Part shown: piece after piece, positions 61,466 to 64,000 of the stretch
Position numbering within the stretch: the stretch's first letter is position 1
How the letters are laid out: every line of letters starts with the position of its first letter
NCBI GenBank assembly: GCA_965197725.1
Contig: CBDANQ010000061.1
Span: 1-64,000, forward strand
Length of the DNA: 64,000 bases
DNA from: Longimicrobiales bacterium
GTDB lineage: Bacteria; Gemmatimonadota; Gemmatimonadetes; Longimicrobiales; Gaopeijiaceae
Reading direction: 5' to 3'
Position numbers and translations under genes: made by a program
Notes under the pieces: model-generated
What the model was told of the DNA's origin: nothing
Database searches by the model: none
Seen by the model: only the letters and a program-made list of their open reading frames with translations

Positions 61466-62596
61466 TCAGTGTCTCAGGCCGCTGGCCTCGGCAAACTCCT
61501 CCATCGCCTTTTGCTCATCAGCTGTCAGCTCGTCCGGGACCGAGACCTCGACTTCCACGAGCTGATCCCCTACCCGGTTGGCCTTCCTGATCCCCTGTCC
61601 GCGGATGCGGAACTTCGTGCCGGACTGCGTGCCCTTCGGGATGCGGAGCACGACCTTCTTCCCGCTCACGGTCCGCACCTTGATCTTCGACCCGAGCGTG
61701 GCTTGAACGATGTTGATGGGGATCGTCACATGGATGTCGAGTCCCTCCCGCGTGAAGAAGCGATCCGGCTGCACTTTGAAGGTGATGATCAAGTCTCCCG
61801 CCTTGCCGCCGGACTTCCCGCGCTCCCCGTGCCCTGACAGCCGGACCTTCCCGCCTGTGTCGACGCCAATCGGCACGTTGATCTGTAGCTTCCGCTGCTG
61901 ACGGACGGTTCCGCGTCCATCACACGAGGAGCACGGAGTCTCAGGGATCATGCCACGCCCGAAGCACGCCGGGCACGGACGCTTGACCGCGAATCCTCCC
62001 TGACCGAAGGAGATGTCACCGGTGCCCTTGCATTCCTTGCACGTATGGAGGTCGGTGCCAGGCTTGGCGCCCACGCCGCTGCACGTCGCACAGTCCTCGG
62101 TGCTCGAGACCTCGATCGAAACCTTGCCACCCCGCACCGCCGTGAGGAATGGGATCTCCACGACGTACTCGACGTTCTCCCCCTTCTCACGGCCGCCTTT
62201 CTTCGCGCCCGCAGGCTCCGTCTTGCCGATGTTGTCGAAGAGGGTGCTGAACAGATCCGAGATGTTTCCGAAGCCGCCCTGTAGGTCCTCGAACGAGAAC
62301 TCCGGGTCGGTCCGCGTCCCAGGGCCGGGGCCGCGCCCCCCCGGGGAGCGGCCGCGACCCAAACCGAACGCGCCAAGACGACGCATGTGATCGTACTGCT
62401 TCCGCTTGGCGGGGTCGCTCAGAACCGAATACGCCTCGCCGACTTCCTTGAAACGATTGGAGGCCTTGCGATCGCCACTGTTGGCGTCCGGATGGAACTG
62501 CTTGGCGAGCTTGCGATAAGCTCTCTTCAACTCGTCCGGCGTCGCCTTCTCACCGACTCCGAGGACCTGGTAGTAGTCCTTCTTCGCCGCGGCCAT
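61466..62596 (-). CDS. dnaJ: Chaperone DnaJ
   Basis: J-domain HPD, G/F region, four CxxCxGxG repeats. Confidence 0.97.
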   Translation of the reverse strand: MAAAKKDYYQVLGVGEKATPDELKRAYRKLAKQFHPDANSGDRKASNRFKEVGEAYSVLSDPAKRKQYDHMRRLGAFGLGRGRSPGGRGPGPGTRTDPEFSFEDLQGGFGNISDLFSTLFDNIGKTEPAGAKKGGREKGENVEYVVEIPFLTAVRGGKVSIEVSSTEDCATCSGVGAKPGTDLHTCKECKGTGDISFGQGGFAVKRPCPACFGRGMIPETPCSSCDGRGTVRQQRKLQINVPIGVDTGGKVRLSGHGERGKSGGKAGDLIITFKVQPDRFFTREGLDIHVTIPINIVQATLGSKIKVRTVSGKKVVLRIPKGTQSGTKFRIRGQGIRKANRVGDQLVEVEVSVPDELTADEQKAMEEFAEASGLRH

Positions 62597-62602
62597 TCGT
62601 GC

Positions 62603-63277
62603 CTAGCCGTGCTTGTGAACGCTCACCCGGGCTGGCCGGACGAGAATGCCCTTGAGCGTATACCCCGTCTGAAAGACCTGTGCGACGACGTCATCCTCTT
62701 CTTCGTTCTCCGTGGGGACACGCATCATCGCCTCCATGCGTTCCGGGTCGAACGCGTCGCCGACAGGATCGATTATCTCCATGCCCGAATCCGCTATGAC
62801 CCGCACAAATTTCCGTTCCACTAGGTCGATGCCCTCCATGATCCCCTCGACCGTCGCATTGCTCAGGTCGAGGTCCGCGGCTCGATGAAGATCATCCAGA
62901 ACGTCTAGGAACTTCTCGACCAGATCCGCCTGCGCCCGGGTCCACGATTCCAGTCGCTGCTGCTCGGTCCGGCGGCGGAAGTTATTGAACTCCGCCGCGA
63001 GCCGGAGGTGTCGGTCGTTCAGCTCGTCGAACTGTGCCTCCACCGCGAGCACTTCGGCGTCGGCGTCGTCCTCGTAATGCGCGCCATCTTCCGCCCCTGC
63101 AACCGCCCCGTCCGGCGGCGCGTCGTCGTCCGACGTGTCGTCCTCATACGACTCGTCGAACCCCTCGAGCGGGTCCGGAAGATCGGAGTCGTCCGTCGGG
63201 CCGGCGACCTCATCATCGACGATCTCGTCGTCCTCGGCGGGCTCGATATCGTCCGTGTTCGATACGACATCCGTCAT
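62603..63277 (-). CDS. grpE: Nucleotide exchange factor GrpE
   Basis: LRLAAEFNNFRRR, FDPERMEA, QTGY...RPARVSV; long acidic N-terminus. Confidence 0.95.
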   Translation of the reverse strand: MTDVVSNTDDIEPAEDDEIVDDEVAGPTDDSDLPDPLEGFDESYEDDTSDDDAPPDGAVAGAEDGAHYEDDADAEVLAVEAQFDELNDRHLRLAAEFNNFRRRTEQQRLESWTRAQADLVEKFLDVLDDLHRAADLDLSNATVEGIMEGIDLVERKFVRVIADSGMEIIDPVGDAFDPERMEAMMRVPTENEEEDDVVAQVFQTGYTLKGILVRPARVSVHKHG

Positions 63278-63337
63278 GATTTCGTCTTGTTCGGGATGGG
63301 TCCAAGCGTACAAGATACCATGCCTACGGCTCGCCGT

Positions 63338-64000
63338 TCAGGTGTCCGCCTTGGATGCTTGAAGGCTTCGGAGCAGAAGCGCGAAGGCCGCTTGAGCCGC
63401 CCGCTCTCGCACCGCCTGGCGATCCCCTACGAAGCGGGTGTGTTCGCTGGTCGTGCTACCGGGACCCGAGACCGCAAGCCAGACCGTACCCACGGGCTTT
63501 TCATCGGTCCCACCACGCGGTCCTGCGATACCCGTCACGGCGACGCCGAGGTCCGCGCCGAGCCGCCGCGCGACACCCCTCGCCATCTGCGTCGCGACAG
63601 GCTCCGAGACAGCCCCGTGCGCCGACAGCAGGTCCTCCGGGACCTGGAGCAACGCTGTCTTGACCGCATTGTCGTATGCGACGAGCCCACCGACGTAGAT
63701 GTCGGACGCTCCCCCGAGGTCGGTAATCCGTTTAGCCATCAAGCCGGCCGTGCAACTCTCGGCGGTGGCCAGGCGCATGTTTCGACCCCTCAACGCCTCC
63801 GAGACAGACTCGACGATATCGCCGCTCGTGGCACTGAAACGCCATGGGTCCACGACCGGCTCCAGACGATCGAGCACATGATGTAACTGGGCTTGGGCGA
63901 CCTCGGCGGGTAGCCCACGTGCCGTCAGCCGCAGGTCAACCCCTCGCAAGTCCGGCAAGTACGCGACCGACACGTCAGGGGCGAGCTCTGAGATGGCGGG
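63338..64000 (-). CDS. cinA: CinA competence/damage-inducible protein with PncC domain, 5' partial
   Basis: VAYLP linker, ATAESCTAG, HGAVSE, TGIAGP. Confidence 0.92.
   Translation of the reverse strand, partial: PAISELAPDVSVAYLPDLRGVDLRLTARGLPAEVAQAQLHHVLDRLEPVVDPWRFSATSGDIVESVSEALRGRNMRLATAESCTAGLMAKRITDLGGASDIYVGGLVAYDNAVKTALLQVPEDLLSAHGAVSEPVATQMARGVARRLGADLGVAVTGIAGPRGGTDEKPVGTVWLAVSGPGSTTSEHTRFVGDRQAVRERAAQAAFALLLRSLQASKADT

Noticed and set aside
61466..63313. grpE-dnaJ without dnaK
   Set aside because: Split chaperone operons are common; not notable without the whole genome.
1..64000. CRISPR array, rRNA, tRNA, integron attC array
   Set aside because: No regularly spaced repeats, cas or integrase genes, or recognisable stable-RNA signatures were seen by eye.

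Overview
High-GC bacterial window, probably Gemmatimonadota (inferred from protein families and gene order; no rRNA marker is present). 1-10.5 kb: 3' part of a pfa-type polyunsaturated fatty acid synthase gene (CLF-like KS, AT, four FabA-type DH folds), translationally coupled to a complete oleABCD olefin/beta-lactone operon and an Sfp-type PPTase. 10.7-25.6 kb: cold-shock protein, an M16 peptidase pair, a lipoprotein cutinase/PET-hydrolase homologue, peroxiredoxin, esterase-PDZ protein, pilin-like gene and other accessory enzymes. 24.6-39.2 kb: a heavily rearranged island with an intact IS256 (8-bp TSD, splitting a lipoprotein gene), a truncated second IS256, two inverted IS1182/IS5-like copies, many gene remnants (Ser/Thr kinase, DUF1501, IS110, ferritin) and exported versions of normally cytoplasmic enzymes. 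39.3-64 kb: mostly core genes (ATP-grasp, nfuA, comM, pntAA/AB/B, large sensor kinase, TolC/MFP/MacB-type permeases, bshB1, HIRAN, cysteine desulfurase, mnmA, dnaJ, grpE, cinA), plus a 280-bp non-coding element with perfect 22-bp terminal inverted repeats whose end recurs twice elsewhere. Several small frameshifts look like assembly errors. No rRNA, tRNA or CRISPR array was seen.
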